A stretch of DNA of 32,000 nucleotides from Cupriavidus necator. Its GTDB lineage: Bacteria; Pseudomonadota; Gammaproteobacteria; Burkholderiales; Burkholderiaceae. The DNA lies in NCBI RefSeq assembly GCF_016127575.1, contig NZ_CP066019.1, forward strand, positions 2,880,555-2,912,554, in the 5' to 3' direction. The translations under genes and the position numbers were made by a program. The notes below the pieces were generated by a model. It was not told the DNA's origin. It saw only the letters and a list, made by a program, of their open reading frames with translations, and searched no databases. Position 1 is the first letter of the stretch. Each line of letters begins with the position of its first letter. Shown in pieces: positions 24,064-31,843 of this stretch.

Positions 24064-24909
24064 ATGTTGCAGACTTCCTTCCCGACCCCAGCAGCCCCTC
24101 GCAGCGCCGGTCATGCGGCCGCGGCGATGCTGCTCGGGGCCGGTTTGGCCTGTGCCGGCACGGCGCAGGCCACCATGCTGCCACAGCCCGACGCCCTCGA
24201 CGCGTCGGCGCTTCCATTGCAGGGGGCCATGCCCTCGAGCGACGGGCAGGACCAAAACCCTCTGGCTGCCGCACGCGGCAGCATGGCCGGCTGGAAACCG
24301 GTAGCACACGAAAAACTCGACGACATGCGGGGCGGCTTCGAAGTGCCGGGCCTGCAGGTTTCGTTCGGTATCGAACGCGCGGTGTACATCAACGGGGCCC
24401 TGGTGGTTGCCACCAGCATTAACATCCCCGATGTCAGCCGTATCACCGCCGACCAGGCTGCGCGGCTTGCCTCGACGCTGGGCCCGGCCATCGTTGCCAG
24501 CACCAATGCGGCGGTCGCCAACGCGCTGGCGGCGGCGGGCGCGGCCGGTTCGGATGGGAGCGCCACCTCGGCGGCCAATGGCGCCTCGGCCAGCAGCACC
24601 GGCACGTCCGGGGCCGGTTCGGGCGCCAGCGGTGCGGCGGGCTTGCCGGCGGCGGTGGTGAATACGGCCACCGGTCAGGTCGTGAGCAATGGGCTGTTGA
24701 ACGTGATCCAGAACGGCCCGGGCAATGCGGCATCGGTGGGATCGCTGGCGGGGACGCCAACGACCGTGATCCAGAACACCTTGAACAACCAGAGCATCCG
24801 GAGCCTGATGACAATCGACGCAAGCGTAAATACGCTGCAGGCATTCCGGTCGCAGTTGGCCAACACCACGCTGAACAACGCGCTGATGCGGGCCGCAAGC
24901 ATGAGGTAG
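24064..24909 (+). CDS. Secreted 281-aa protein with internal double-glycine motif, beta-rich core, G/A/S linker and degenerate Q/N module (FapE-position protein)
   Basis: GAGGAA SD and signal peptide ...AAAAMLLGAGLACAGTAQA. The pro-region ends in HEKLDDMRGG. It continues with FEVPGLQVSFGIERAVYINGALVVATSINIP, a Gly/Ala/Ser stretch, and then LLNVIQNGPGN...SLAGTPTTVIQNTLNNQ. Confidence 0.75.
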   Translation: MLQTSFPTPAAPRSAGHAAAAMLLGAGLACAGTAQATMLPQPDALDASALPLQGAMPSSDGQDQNPLAAARGSMAGWKPVAHEKLDDMRGGFEVPGLQVSFGIERAVYINGALVVATSINIPDVSRITADQAARLASTLGPAIVASTNAAVANALAAAGAAGSDGSATSAANGASASSTGTSGAGSGASGAAGLPAAVVNTATGQVVSNGLLNVIQNGPGNAASVGSLAGTPTTVIQNTLNNQSIRSLMTIDASVNTLQAFRSQLANTTLNNALMRAASMR

Positions 24910-24985
24910 TCGTAGCGAGGCATCGGGCAGTACAGGTCGCAGGCTCCTGCAAGAACAGCCTGCCGTCCCGGGGGAGGAAGACGTC

Positions 24986-26425
24986 ATGAAGAAGCGGTCG
25001 ATGCAGGGCATTCGCAATGCGGGATGCTCGACGTTACTGTTGCTCGGCGGCCTGGCGCAGGCCCAGACGCCGCCGGATGCGGGACCACCCGCAGCCGGAC
25101 TGGAAGCACTGCAGAAGGAGCTTGCCGAACAGGCCACCCAGCTCGACGCCATGAAGCGGGCGCTGGCCGAACAGGAGGCGCTGATCCGCGAACTGCGTAA
25201 CGTGATCGGCACCGAGGTGCTGGCCAACAAGCGCGGCGGCCAGCGCGCGGGGCCAGGCGTGTCGCCGTCCGACAATGCCACCAACGCCGCTACCGCGGCG
25301 GCCGCTGCCAGCGCCACCCAGTCAGCGCCCAACGCGGTCAACAACCCGCAGCAGATCATTCTCCAGCCACCGCAGGACATGGCCCAGGGTCCGCAGGCGG
25401 GCGAGTCCGCCGACCGGCAGACCGTGGCCCTGGAAGAACCCGTGGGCCGCCCGCCGGAGGAAGACCGCCGTCCGCCTGAGATCGCGCCGATCATCGACCA
25501 GCCCGGCGTGCTGACCGCCCAGGGCAAGCTGGTGATCGAGCCCGGCTTCCAGTACGGCTATTCGTCCAATAACCGCGTCGCGCTGGTCGGCTACACGGTC
25601 ATCCCGGCCATCCTGATCGGCCTGGTCGATGTGCGCGAAGTCAAGACCTCGACCTACATCCCGTCGGTAGCGTTTCGCTACGGCCTGACCAAGCGGCTGG
25701 AAATCGAAGCCAAGGTGCCTTACGTGCACTCATCGGGCCAGACAGTCAGCCGCGAGGTCTTCACCGGCACGGCCGTCGACCGCGTGTTCAATGCGAGCGG
25801 CAGCGGTATCGGCGACGTCGAGGCGACGGTGCGCTACCAGCTCAACTACGGCAACGAGAAGATTCCGTACTTCGTCGGCTGGCTGCGCTACAAGTCCAAT
25901 ACCGGCACCGACCCGTTCGAGGTCGTGACCGACTGCGTGACGCGCTGCGTGGGCAATGCCACCGGCACCGGCCTGCCGCTCGGGTTGCCCACCGGCACCG
26001 GCTTCCAGGCGATCCAGCCCGGCATCACCTGGCTGCTGCCGACTGACCCGGCGGTGTTCTTCGGCACCTTCAGCTACCTGCACAACTTTGCGCGCGACAA
26101 CGTGAGCCGCACCGTGCTGAACGGCGAGAAGGAGAATCTCGGCAAGATCGCCCCCGGCGACATCTTCGAGTTCAGCTTCGGCATGGGCCTGTCGCTCAAT
26201 GAGAAGGCGTCGTTCAGCATCGGCTATGACCAGGCCATCATCTGGCCGACCAAGCAGAACGGCCAGACCGTGCCGGGCTCGGTGCGCGTGACCCAGGGCA
26301 CCTTGCTGGTGGGCTATTCGTACCGCTTCAACAACCGCTACACGGTGAACCTTTCAGTGGGTGCGGGGCTGACGCGCGACACCCCCGACCTGCAGGTGAA
26401 CCTGCGCCTGCCAATCACTTTCTGA
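24986..26425 (+). CDS. Outer-membrane beta-barrel with N-terminal coiled coil and disordered linker (FapF-like; MetA/phenol-degradation-type barrel fold family)
   Basis: GGAGGAAG SD and a signal peptide ending LAQA. A clean 5-heptad a/d pattern runs L39 L42 L46 Q49 L53 M56 L60 Q63 I67 L70 I74 (nt 25100-25207). It is followed by about 90 aa of A/P/Q/N-rich linker, then alternating beta-strand sequence ending ...VNLRLPITF with a terminal Phe. Confidence 0.8.
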   Translation: MKKRSMQGIRNAGCSTLLLLGGLAQAQTPPDAGPPAAGLEALQKELAEQATQLDAMKRALAEQEALIRELRNVIGTEVLANKRGGQRAGPGVSPSDNATNAATAAAAASATQSAPNAVNNPQQIILQPPQDMAQGPQAGESADRQTVALEEPVGRPPEEDRRPPEIAPIIDQPGVLTAQGKLVIEPGFQYGYSSNNRVALVGYTVIPAILIGLVDVREVKTSTYIPSVAFRYGLTKRLEIEAKVPYVHSSGQTVSREVFTGTAVDRVFNASGSGIGDVEATVRYQLNYGNEKIPYFVGWLRYKSNTGTDPFEVVTDCVTRCVGNATGTGLPLGLPTGTGFQAIQPGITWLLPTDPAVFFGTFSYLHNFARDNVSRTVLNGEKENLGKIAPGDIFEFSFGMGLSLNEKASFSIGYDQAIIWPTKQNGQTVPGSVRVTQGTLLVGYSYRFNNRYTVNLSVGAGLTRDTPDLQVNLRLPITF

Positions 26426-26460
26426 CGCGCCTTGCTGCGAATTTCCGCCTGACGTGACGC

Positions 26461-26483
26461 GTGCCCCGCATGTGCGGGGGCAC
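26461..26483 (+). terminator. GC-rich hairpin 36 nt downstream of the barrel gene stop
   Basis: GTGCCCCGC-atgt-GCGGGGGCAC, a 9-bp stem with one bulged G. There is no clear U-tract. Confidence 0.4.
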
Positions 26484-26639
26484 GTGCGCATCACATCCGC
26501 GGCGAGGGTGCGCAGGCACGGAAACGCGCCTTGCGCTGGCCCCTTGAACGGCGTACAAAGAAATAACCCCGCGCCGCCAGCGGTACTTTCTGACCAGGCT
26601 CAAACTCACCGGCGGTGCGGCCTGAAAAAGGAGAGAGAC

Positions 26640-27152
26640 ATGCGCAAACGCATCTTCTGGTTGTTGCCCGACCTGGCGAGTGCCCGTCGCACCATGGACG
26701 ACCTGCTGCTTGCCCGGCTCGAGAACCGCCACATCCACTTCGTGGCGCGCGACGGCTCCGACATGACCGGCCTGCATGAAGCCAACCTGTTCCAGACCTC
26801 CGACATCGTGCATGCCGCCGAGATGGGCTTGATGGTCGGCGGCGGCGTGGGCGTCGTGGCCGGCGTCGTGGTGGCGATGTTCCCGATCGTCAGCGACACC
26901 CCGCAGTGGGGCCTCGTCGGCGTGCTGGCGGTGCTGGGCGCGGTGTTTGGCGCGTGGGCCTCGAGCATGATCGGCAGTTCGGCACCCAACAGCCGGCTGC
27001 GTGCATTCGAGAAGGACATCGAGGCCGGCAAGATCCTGCTGATGGTCGACGTGCCGCGCAGCCGTGTCGAGGAAATCGAAACCCTGCTCGCGAACGCGCA
27101 TCCGGAAGCCAGCTTTGCGGGGTTGGACCCGGCTGTGCCGGCTTTCCCCTGA
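26640..27152 (+). CDS. DUF1269-like small membrane protein (glycine-zipper TM pair)
   Basis: AAAAAGGAGAGAG SD before ATG 26640. Two Gly-rich TM segments are present (MGLMVGGGVGVVAGVVVAMF and GLVGVLAVLGAVFGAWASSMIG), flanked by soluble N- and C-terminal parts. Confidence 0.65.
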   Translation: MRKRIFWLLPDLASARRTMDDLLLARLENRHIHFVARDGSDMTGLHEANLFQTSDIVHAAEMGLMVGGGVGVVAGVVVAMFPIVSDTPQWGLVGVLAVLGAVFGAWASSMIGSSAPNSRLRAFEKDIEAGKILLMVDVPRSRVEEIETLLANAHPEASFAGLDPAVPAFP

Positions 27153-27256
27153 GCCGTCGGCGTATCGTCGCTTATTGTCGTTCAACGCGGTCGCATGTCT
27201 TTCCGCGCGCCCTTGCGGCGCGCCCTGACGCGCATCCTTTAGCGCGCCCCGGCTCG

Positions 27257-27284
27257 CACCGGAACCGCCTTCGCGGTTCCGGTG
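27257..27284 (+). terminator. Perfect 12-bp hairpin downstream of the DUF1269-like gene
   Basis: CACCGGAACCGC-cttc-GCGGTTCCGGTG. No U-tract follows, so it could be a terminator or a REP-like element. Confidence 0.35.
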
Positions 27285-27425
27285 TGATGCCGCTGCAACA
27301 CTCCGATCTTTCCCGGTTTGCCCCCATGAGACGCATGCGGTAACTTGCGTAACGGCGCGCGGCCGTGCATGCCGCGCCGCCATACACAATGAAGGACAGC
27401 CGCACAGGCGCAAGGGGTCGAGACA

Positions 27426-28562
27426 ATGAAAGCGAAATGGATCGCGTGCGGCATGCTGGCCGCCACGCTGGGATGGGCCGCACAGACGGCCCTGGCGGAA
27501 CCGGGCGTGACCCGCAACACCATCCGCATCGGCCAGTCGGCCGGCGTCACCGGTCCGGTGGCGGGTTCGGTCAAGGAGCAGATCGCCGGCGCGCAGGTGT
27601 ACCTGCGCACCATCAACGCCAGCGGCGGCGTGGCCGGGCGGCGCATCGAGCTGGTGACCCACGATGACGGCTTCGATGCCAAGCGCACGCCCGACAATGT
27701 GCGCAAGCTGATCGACGAGGACAAGGTGTTCGCGCTCTTCATGGTGCGCGGCACGCCGCAGAACGAAAGCATCCTGCCCATCATCGCCGCGCAGAAGGTG
27801 CCGCTGGTGGCGCCGCTGACCGGCGCCATCACGCTGCACCGGCCGGTCAACCGCTACGTGTTCAATGTGCGCGCCAAGTACCAGGACGAGGTGGCGCGCG
27901 CGATCAACCACCTGGCCACCTCGGGCATGAGCCGCATCGGCATCTTCTACGCCAACGACGGTTTTGGCCGGGACGTGCTCGAAGGCTACAGCGCCGCGCT
28001 GCAGGCGCGCGGGGTGCAGCCGGCGGCGACGGCAAGCTTTGCCCGGCCCATGGGCGATATCACCCAGAGCGTGGCCGCCATGAACAAGGCCAACCCGCAG
28101 GCGGTACTGGTGATCGGCTCGGGCTCCGAGGCGGCGCGCATCATCCGCGAACTGCGCCGCGCAGGCAGCGAGGCACAGTTCGTCACGCTGTCCAACAACG
28201 CCGCCGATTCCTTTATCCGTGAACTGGGCGACGATGCGCGCGGGCTGATCATCACGCAGGTGGTGCCGGGCACCAACTCCAGCCAGATGACGCTGGCCAG
28301 CGAATACCGCAGCCTGGCCAAGCAGCAGGGCGTGGAGCCGTCCAACGCCGGCATGGAGGGCTTCATGTCGGCCAAGGTGCTGGTCGAAGGGCTGCGCCGC
28401 GCCGGCCCCGACCTGACGCGCGAGCGCCTGGTCACGGCGCTGGAAGGCATGCGCGACTACGACCTTGGCGGCATCCTGATCAGCTACAGCGCCGAGCGCC
28501 ATACCGGCTCGTCGTTCGTGGAAATGTCGATCGTCTCGTCCACCGGCAAGCTGATCCGCTGA
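27426..28562 (+). CDS. Periplasmic ABC-transporter substrate-binding protein (LivK / branched-chain amino-acid binding type)
   Basis: Signal peptide MKAKWIACGMLAATLGWAAQTALA, then IRIGQSAGVTGPVAGSVKEQIAGAQVYLRTINASGGVAGRRIELVTHDD, typical of the Peripla_BP_6 family. No permease or ATPase genes are adjacent. Confidence 0.85.
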   Translation: MKAKWIACGMLAATLGWAAQTALAEPGVTRNTIRIGQSAGVTGPVAGSVKEQIAGAQVYLRTINASGGVAGRRIELVTHDDGFDAKRTPDNVRKLIDEDKVFALFMVRGTPQNESILPIIAAQKVPLVAPLTGAITLHRPVNRYVFNVRAKYQDEVARAINHLATSGMSRIGIFYANDGFGRDVLEGYSAALQARGVQPAATASFARPMGDITQSVAAMNKANPQAVLVIGSGSEAARIIRELRRAGSEAQFVTLSNNAADSFIRELGDDARGLIITQVVPGTNSSQMTLASEYRSLAKQQGVEPSNAGMEGFMSAKVLVEGLRRAGPDLTRERLVTALEGMRDYDLGGILISYSAERHTGSSFVEMSIVSSTGKLIR

Positions 28563-28599
28563 AAGCCGCGGATAGGGGGGCTGCGGTATAGTCCCCCGC

Positions 28600-29391
28600 A
28601 TGGCTACTCCTACCCTCTCCCCCGATTCCCGTACCCCGTTCTCGCTGCACGGCCGCGTGGCGCTGGTTACCGGCGGCGCGCAGGGCCTGGGCCTGGCGAT
28701 TGCCGCCGGGCTGGCCGACGCCGGCGCCCATGTGCTGGTGGTGGCGCGCAATGCGCAGCGCGTGCAAGCGGCCGTCGCCGCGCTGGCCGCGCGCGGCGGC
28801 AGCGCCGAGGCGCTGGTGCTCGATATCACCGATGAAGCCGCCGTGGCTGCCGCGTTCGACCGCATCGACGCCGCCCATGGCCGGCTCGACATCCTCGTCA
28901 ACAATGCCGGCGCGCGCAACCGCAGCACCATGGCGCAGCTCGATGCCGGCGACCTGCGCGCCATGCTCGAGACCAACCTGGTGGCGCCCTACGCGCTGTG
29001 CCGGCTCGCCGCGCAGCGCATGCGCGGCGGCGATTACGGGCGCATCGTCAATGTGAGCTCGATTGCGGGCCAGGTCGCGCGTGCCGGGGACGTGCTCTAC
29101 CCCGCCACCAAGGGCGGCCTGGATGCGCTCACGCGCGCCATGGCGGCCGACCTGGGGCGGCACGGCGTCACCGTCAATGCGATCGCCCCGGGCTACTTCG
29201 CTACCGAGCCCAACCAGCCCATGGTCGAGGACGAGAGCGTGGCCGAGTGGCTGCGCCAGCGCACCTCGCTGGGCCGCTGGGGCCAGCCGGAGGAAGTGGC
29301 GGGGGCGGTGGTGTTCCTGGCGTCGCCGGCCGCGTCCTATGTCACCGGGCAGGTGCTGGCCGTGGACGGCGGCTATCTCGGGCACTTCTGA
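28600..29391 (+). CDS. Short-chain dehydrogenase/reductase (classical SDR)
   Basis: [16 protein letters not shown] (TGxxxGxG), NNAG and YPATKGG (YxxxK) motifs are present. Confidence 0.9.
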   Translation: MATPTLSPDSRTPFSLHGRVALVTGGAQGLGLAIAAGLADAGAHVLVVARNAQRVQAAVAALAARGGSAEALVLDITDEAAVAAAFDRIDAAHGRLDILVNNAGARNRSTMAQLDAGDLRAMLETNLVAPYALCRLAAQRMRGGDYGRIVNVSSIAGQVARAGDVLYPATKGGLDALTRAMAADLGRHGVTVNAIAPGYFATEPNQPMVEDESVAEWLRQRTSLGRWGQPEEVAGAVVFLASPAASYVTGQVLAVDGGYLGHF

Positions 29392-29449
29392 GCCGCCGTC
29401 GGCGGCAAGGCGTACGTACCCAATTCTGCGTGCCGCTCCTGGCGGGTTT

Positions 29450-30355
29450 TCAGCGCCGCGCGGGCGGCTTGCCGCCGCGGTAGAACGCCTGCAGGCAGTC
29501 GATCATCGCGGCTGCAGCGGCCGAGTCGCCGCGGTCCTTGAGCCGCACCAGGCAGATATCGCGCACCAGCGACGGCAGCTGCAGTGGCCGGATCGCCAGC
29601 CCCTCGCGCCGGAACTGAAACAGCGCCAGCGACGGCACCGCGCTCACGCCCAGCCCCGCCTGCACCAGCGCCGCCACCGTCGCCAGGTGCTCCACCTCCA
29701 TCACGCTGGTCAGGCGCAACGGATGCAGCGCGGCGTCCAGGTGCTGGCGCACGCTGGTCGTGCGCGACAGCTGGATAAACGGCAGGCCCGCCAGCATCTG
29801 CGGCGTGATGCGGCGCTTGCGCGCCAGCGCATGGTCCGCCGGGCACACCAGGTGGAAGGTGTCGCGCACCAGCGGCTCCACGCGCAGGTCTTCGTCCTGG
29901 GCCGGTGCCGGGGCCAGCGCAAAGTCGGCGCGGCCCTGGCGGACCAGTTCGATGCAGCCGTCGGCGAGCTGGTCGAACAGCTCCAGCGCGATGCCCGGAT
30001 ACAGCGCGCGGAACTGCGCCAGCAGCGGCGGCAAGTCGCCGCCGGCCAGCGACGGCAGCGCCGCGATCGACACCCGCCCCTTGCGCCGCTCGGCGTGCGC
30101 GCGCAGGTCCTCGAACGCGGTTTCGAAATCGGCCAGCAGCCGGCGCGCGGTCTGCTCGAAGCGCACGCCGTCGCTGCTCAGCTCCACATGCCGCGTGGTG
30201 CGTTCGAACAGCCGGCTGCCGGCCTGTTCCTCCAGTGTCTGCACCAGCGCGCTGAAGGCCGATTGCGACAGGTGGCAGGCGCGCGCCGCGCGCGTGAAGT
30301 TGCGGTAGGTGGCCAGCGCCACGAAGGCGCGCAGGTGCTTGACCGAGAGGTTCAT
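29450..30355 (-). CDS. LysR-family transcriptional regulator
   Basis: wHTH LRAFVALATYRNFTRAARACHLSQSAFSALVQTLE. It is divergent from the AtuA-like gene. Confidence 0.9.
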   Translation of the reverse strand: MNLSVKHLRAFVALATYRNFTRAARACHLSQSAFSALVQTLEEQAGSRLFERTTRHVELSSDGVRFEQTARRLLADFETAFEDLRAHAERRKGRVSIAALPSLAGGDLPPLLAQFRALYPGIALELFDQLADGCIELVRQGRADFALAPAPAQDEDLRVEPLVRDTFHLVCPADHALARKRRITPQMLAGLPFIQLSRTTSVRQHLDAALHPLRLTSVMEVEHLATVAALVQAGLGVSAVPSLALFQFRREGLAIRPLQLPSLVRDICLVRLKDRGDSAAAAAMIDCLQAFYRGGKPPARR

Positions 30356-30385
30356 GGGCTGGCGGATTTATCCACTAAGTCGATA

Positions 30386-30402
30386 GATTAATCCAAATAA
30401 TC
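30386..30402. promoter_or_regulatory. Candidate LysR box (GATTA-N7-TAATC dyad, contains T-N11-A)
   Basis: Perfect 5-bp dyad read directly in the AT-rich 112-bp divergent intergenic region between the LysR gene and the AtuA-like gene. Confidence 0.35.
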
Positions 30403-30467
30403 CGTTTTTTGGCTGGACGTACCAGCCCTAGAATGGGATCGACCCCACCAACGACCTGCCCCCGACC

Positions 30468-31829
30468 ATGACTGCTCCCTTGCTGATCGGCTCCGGCGCC
30501 GGCTTCTCCGGCGACCGCACCGATGCCGCGCTGCCGGTGGTGCGCACGCTGATTGCCTCCGGCCAGCCGGCCGCGCTGATCTTCGAGACCCTGGCCGAGC
30601 GCACACTCGCGCTGGCGCAGCTGGCGCGGCGCAACGATCCCGCGCAGGGCTACGAGCCGCTGCTCGATGCGCTGCTGGTGCCGGTGCTGGGCCTGTGCCT
30701 GCAACACCGCATTCCCATCGTCGGCAATTTCGGCGCCGCCAATCCGCGCGCCGCGGCGCGGCGCGTGCTGCAGCTGGCGCAGGAACTGTGCCTGCCCGCG
30801 CCGCGTGTTGCGGTAGTGGAGGGCGATGACCTGTCCGACGATGCGGGACGCGCGCGCTTGCACGGCATTCTTGGCGATGCATTCGACGCCGATCGCTTCG
30901 TCTGCGCCAACGCCTATATCGGCGCGCAAGGCATCGCCGAGGCGATCTCCGCCGGCGCCCAGGTGGTGGTGTGCGGACGCGTGGCCGATCCGGCGCTGGC
31001 CGTGGGGCCGGCGATGGCGCACTTTGGCTGGTCGTGGGACGACTGGGACCGCCTGGCCGCCGCGACCATGGCCGGCCACCTGCTTGAATGCGGGGCGCAG
31101 GTCAGCGGCGGCTACTTTGCCGATCCCGGCATGAAGGACGTACCCGATGTGCATGCGGTGGGCTTCCCGATCGCGCAGCTGGCCGAGGACGGCGGCATCG
31201 AGATCTTCAAGGCCGCCGGCACCGGCGGCTGCGTCGACCTGCGCACGGTCAAGGAGCAGCTGCTGTACGAGGTCCACGATCCGGCCGCGTACCTGACGCC
31301 TGACGTGGTCGCAGATATTGGTACGGTCACGGTCACGCAACTGGCCCCCGACCGCGTGGCGGTGCGCAATGTGCGCGGCCATCCCCGCCCGGCGCAGCTC
31401 AAGGCCAATGTGTTCAGCCACGGCGGCTGGCTGGCCGAGGGCGAAATCTCGTACGCCGGCCCCAATGCCGCCGCCCGCGCGCGGCTGGCCGCCGACATCC
31501 TGCGCCGGCGCATGCAGCTGCTGGGCCATGACGCGCCCATCCGCTTCGACCTGATCGGCGTGCTCAGCGTGCTGGCCGACGATGGCGGCGCCATGTTCGC
31601 CCAGCGCCAGCCGCATGAGCAAGCGGCGCAGGACGTGCGCCTGCGCGCCGCGTTGGCGCACGACGACCTGACGGTGGCGCAGGCCCTGCAGCGCGAGGTC
31701 AATGCGCTCTATACCTGTGGCCCGGCCGGCGGCGGCGGCGTGCGCACCGCGCAGCGCGCGCGCCTGAATGCGGTGTCGTGCCTGGTACCGCGCGAGGCCG
31801 TGACGGCCACGCATAGCTTCATCGCCTGA
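30468..31829 (+). CDS. AtuA-like protein (DUF1446, acyclic-terpene-utilisation family)
   Basis: 453-aa ORF. The N-terminus IGSGAGFSGDRTDAALPVVRTL and the overall sequence resemble DUF1446/AtuA proteins. The SD before ATG 30468 is weak. Confidence 0.75.
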   Translation: MTAPLLIGSGAGFSGDRTDAALPVVRTLIASGQPAALIFETLAERTLALAQLARRNDPAQGYEPLLDALLVPVLGLCLQHRIPIVGNFGAANPRAAARRVLQLAQELCLPAPRVAVVEGDDLSDDAGRARLHGILGDAFDADRFVCANAYIGAQGIAEAISAGAQVVVCGRVADPALAVGPAMAHFGWSWDDWDRLAAATMAGHLLECGAQVSGGYFADPGMKDVPDVHAVGFPIAQLAEDGGIEIFKAAGTGGCVDLRTVKEQLLYEVHDPAAYLTPDVVADIGTVTVTQLAPDRVAVRNVRGHPRPAQLKANVFSHGGWLAEGEISYAGPNAAARARLAADILRRRMQLLGHDAPIRFDLIGVLSVLADDGGAMFAQRQPHEQAAQDVRLRAALAHDDLTVAQALQREVNALYTCGPAGGGGVRTAQRARLNAVSCLVPREAVTATHSFIA

Positions 31830-31843
31830 GGAGGTTCCGACCA

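Noticed and set aside
24022-25527. 501-aa minus-strand ORF
   Set aside because: It is antisense to cargo gene D and the barrel gene. It is Arg/Gly/Ala-rich and has no SD.
21224-26425. Calling the operon a canonical fapABCDEF locus with fap gene symbols
   Set aside because: There is no FapA-like gene and the gene order differs. The cargo lacks Cys, whereas I recall a CxxC near the C-terminus of FapB/C. The cargo also lacks the three-repeat FapC layout. I cannot run HMMs, so I claim only the architectural analogy.
26415-28976. 853-aa minus-strand ORF spanning three plus-strand genes
   Set aside because: The sequence is Arg/Ala/Gly/His-rich and non-protein-like. It is antisense to three well-supported genes (the DUF1269-like gene, the LivK-like SBP and the SDR), each with SD sequences and family motifs. 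This is a classic high-GC shadow ORF.
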